This document shows, piece by piece, positions 61,467 through 64,000 of a DNA stretch of 64,000 nucleotides. The translations under genes and the position numbers were made by a program. The notes under the pieces were generated by a model. It was not told where the DNA came from, searched no databases, and saw nothing but the letters and a program-made list of their open reading frames with translations. Numbering within the stretch: the stretch's first letter is position 1; each line of letters begins with the position of its first letter. Source of the DNA: Eutreptiella sp. 'Long Island Sound 2002' (taxonomy: Eukaryota > Protista > Euglenida); assembly GCA_964036045.1 (NCBI GenBank), contig OZ038378.1, positions 91,016,001-91,080,000 of the forward strand. The letters are read 5' to 3'.

Positions 61467-64000
61467 TCAACCGTGAAGCTTCGCTGTGGCGCTGTGCGTG
61501 CCGCCAGTCTCCTTGACGGCTGGCAGCAAATTCTCCACACGCATTCTCAATGCGGCGTTCCCGTCATCCCTGGTTGCCAGTGTTCGTTCCAACAAAATTA
61601 TCCAAGCACTCTGTTCGGCAACCTTCGTTTCAGGGGCCTCGAAGCGACCTTGGTCATCCTGCTGCCGCTGCCGCATACGAGCCGTAAGCACGCCTATATT
61701 TAGATGGAGGCCCTTGCAGGCCTTGTCAGCGCGCCTCCGCTCTGCACGCAGCTCCTCAGCGTGCTTGGCGCGTGCTGCCTCAAGCAGGCGGCTGATCATC
61801 TCCTTGGCATCTAGCAAGTTGTCACATGGCGCTAGGGAAGCTGTACTGGGCAAATTGCTCTGCTGGAGGCCGTTGTCCCCACCGCTTGAAGCACTCCTTG
61901 ACAATGACGCCTGTTACACAAGAGACATACCGAGGATCTCCAAGATTTTTCGACTGATGAGATTGTAATGATAATCTGCTAGTTGGTGTATTTTCTTTGT
62001 AATTTCCAAACCCCCTTGTGCTTTCAAAATCCTTCAGATCCTAAATCCTTCACAAGCGCAGCGCGATACAAATCAACAAACATTTCTCAAAACTTAATGC
62101 CATCCCATCAGTCTGTATACACAGAGAAATTTCATGCTGTACAATACCTACAAATGTGCTGCTCCTGGCTTTCTAAATGTCTATCTTATTTTACCTTCAG
62201 GCTCGTCTACATGCACGCGCACTCGCATTAGCAATCTTTACACCTAAACCTATTACAAGCACTCCAGGTCGCCCGCAAGCAACGTCGTCGCCCGCTGCCC
62301 ACTGCTCGAGAGGCGGTGCTCGTGGACGCTCTCGGCCGCATGAAACTCGCAGTGCCGCAGTTCACAACTCCCCAGGGGCGGAGGCGGCACAGAGGAGGGC
62401 GTGGGGAACAGCTGCGCAAATGGCGGAGCCGTGCCATGCCAACGTAGACGTCGGGCCTGGTTTTGTTCTCGTACATGAGCGCCATCGTCGAGTCACCAGG
62501 CCTGTACTCCATCTCCCCCTCCACGTCCTCAGCAGCCCCGTCCACCGCCCCTCTACCTTCCCCCGCAGCCGCCAGGGCCGGCGGTGACTCTGGCTGCAGG
62601 GGGTAAGGCGCTAGGGGCTGCTCATCTGCAGCTCCGCCGCCCGCCGCCTCTGCCGCAGCCGGCCATTTCCTGAACTGGGCCGGCTGCCGGGCGCGCCAGG
62701 CTGCCGTGGCGAAGTCCATGTCGTATTCCATGCCGCCCGCCCAGAGCTCCCCCTGGAGCCCCATACGCCAGTTCCTCCACTCTCAAATCCAGTCCGCACC
62801 CCCCTCAACTGCCGTACGCTCCCCACACTGTGCCACTGCCTAGTGGTTTGCAACCACTTCAGCCGCCTGTACCGCTGCCCCCGCTTGCACCCGACCTGGC
62901 TCCCGTTCTGCACTCACTTGCCCCACGTCGACACCAAGTGACGGGTCCAGTCCCATCTCCCCACCAGCAGTCTCCCATTCATCCGCGGCAACACTCTGCT
63001 CGCCCAGCATCTCCTGTTGACCACTCCCAACCAGGGCCTCCTCGATCAGCACGCTGATGCAAGAGCCATCAGTTGTGGCCAACTCTTCTGCCGTAAGCTG
63101 CGCCCGCTCGCTGCTTGCCACCTGTCGACGACGGGCCGTTGGGGCTTGCTGAAGCAGCACGCTGATGTTGGGGAGGCCAGTCGGGGCTACCCTTCTGTCG
63201 CAGGTTGCACCTGCACGGCCGCCGGCAACCCTTGCATTGGGGGCGCCTCCCTATACTCCACTGGTGCTGGCAACGGTTCATGTGTCCGAGCCGGCACACC
63301 CACTGCGTGGCATCTGCTGCCACCCCACTGGCTTGCACAGGCTGCGCGTAATACGTCAGAGGTACTTCTGCTGGCATCGCTGGAGGCACAGTTTGTGCCT
63401 GTTGCGGTGGGATTTCCCTTGGAGCAACGTGGGTAAGCAGCATCGCATGCGGAGGCTTCGGCGGCACCGTGTGCGCTTGCGGCTGTCCCGTTGGCGCGTG
63501 GTACACCCCTGAGGTTCCCCTGCTGGCATAGGTTGCACTGTCCCAGAGTGCGCGAGCTGCATCCCCGCTGGCACTGCTTGGGGCGCTGGTGCCACAGGCG
63601 CCTGTGGTACCCCCTCCGCCACAACCGGAGGCAACGGGTTTACTGCATCCGGCGGAGCCAGCAGCACAGACTTGGCGTGCGCGGATGGCACCCGTTCTGT
63701 AGCGACATGAGGTGCGGGTGCCGTTTGCAGGGGCTGCATCGGTATGGGTACTCCTAAGGGCGGGGGCCGCACTGGCGCAGTGGGCGCGTGCTGCATCCCC
63801 GCCGGCACTGCCTGGGGCACTAGCGCCGCCAGCGCCTGAGATACCCCGGCCGGCATACCGGAGGCGCTTGTGTGGGCTGAGCCGGCAGGATGCCCGCAGG
63901 TACCGCATTAGGCAGGGTTGCCGTATACAGAGGCTGTGCGGGCACCAGCGGCGGCCCCTTTGGTGCCGCATGGCGGACTGGAACCATGTGCGGCGGCGGC
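61467..64000 (-). pseudogene. Fragmented low-complexity/coiled-coil ORF(s), probably TE gag/ORF1-like; runs off the window
   Basis: ORFs 63356-63856 (Pro/Ala-rich), 62840-63160, 62228-62764 and 61467-61904 (heptad-like). No diagnostic motif. Confidence 0.35.
61964..62257 (-). repeat. Second copy of the 59097-59390 repeat
   Basis: Direct alignment by eye. Confidence 0.8.

Noticed and set aside
62400-62500. GIY-YIG-like VYVG motif
   Set aside because: Single weak motif, on the wrong side of the putative PLE RT fragment.

Overview
Eukaryotic nuclear DNA made almost entirely of nested, decayed transposable elements. I can support no intact host gene, rRNA, tRNA or CRISPR array. A degenerate green-type LHCII fragment (~2.73-3.0 kb) points to a photosynthetic host, possibly a euglenophyte or green alga (inference). 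Main content: (1) a 5'-truncated plus-strand LINE (RT-RNase H-CCHC, 8.87-13.54 kb) followed by ~10 kb of co-oriented decayed ORFs, including a RING finger and a Ulp1/C48-like protease, ending in hairpins and a (CCTA)n tail at 23.86 kb; (2) a related minus-strand LINE (37.38->23.87 kb) with three tandem OTU-like domains, ORF1-like region, APE, RT and RNase H, interrupted by a solo-LTR-like insert and a 2.8-kb insert; (3) a family of CAC...GTG TIR elements carrying ~185-bp or 111-bp tandem arrays; (4) an Academ/DUF6589-like DDE transposon (one full copy with 29-bp TIRs, two partial) that also encodes a ParB-like ORF and carries many copies of a 16-bp palindrome; (5) a ~5-kb array of small GC hairpins; (6) a gag-protease-DNA N6-adenine methyltransferase retroelement fragment. 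All domain calls are by eye from motifs; no database search was run.
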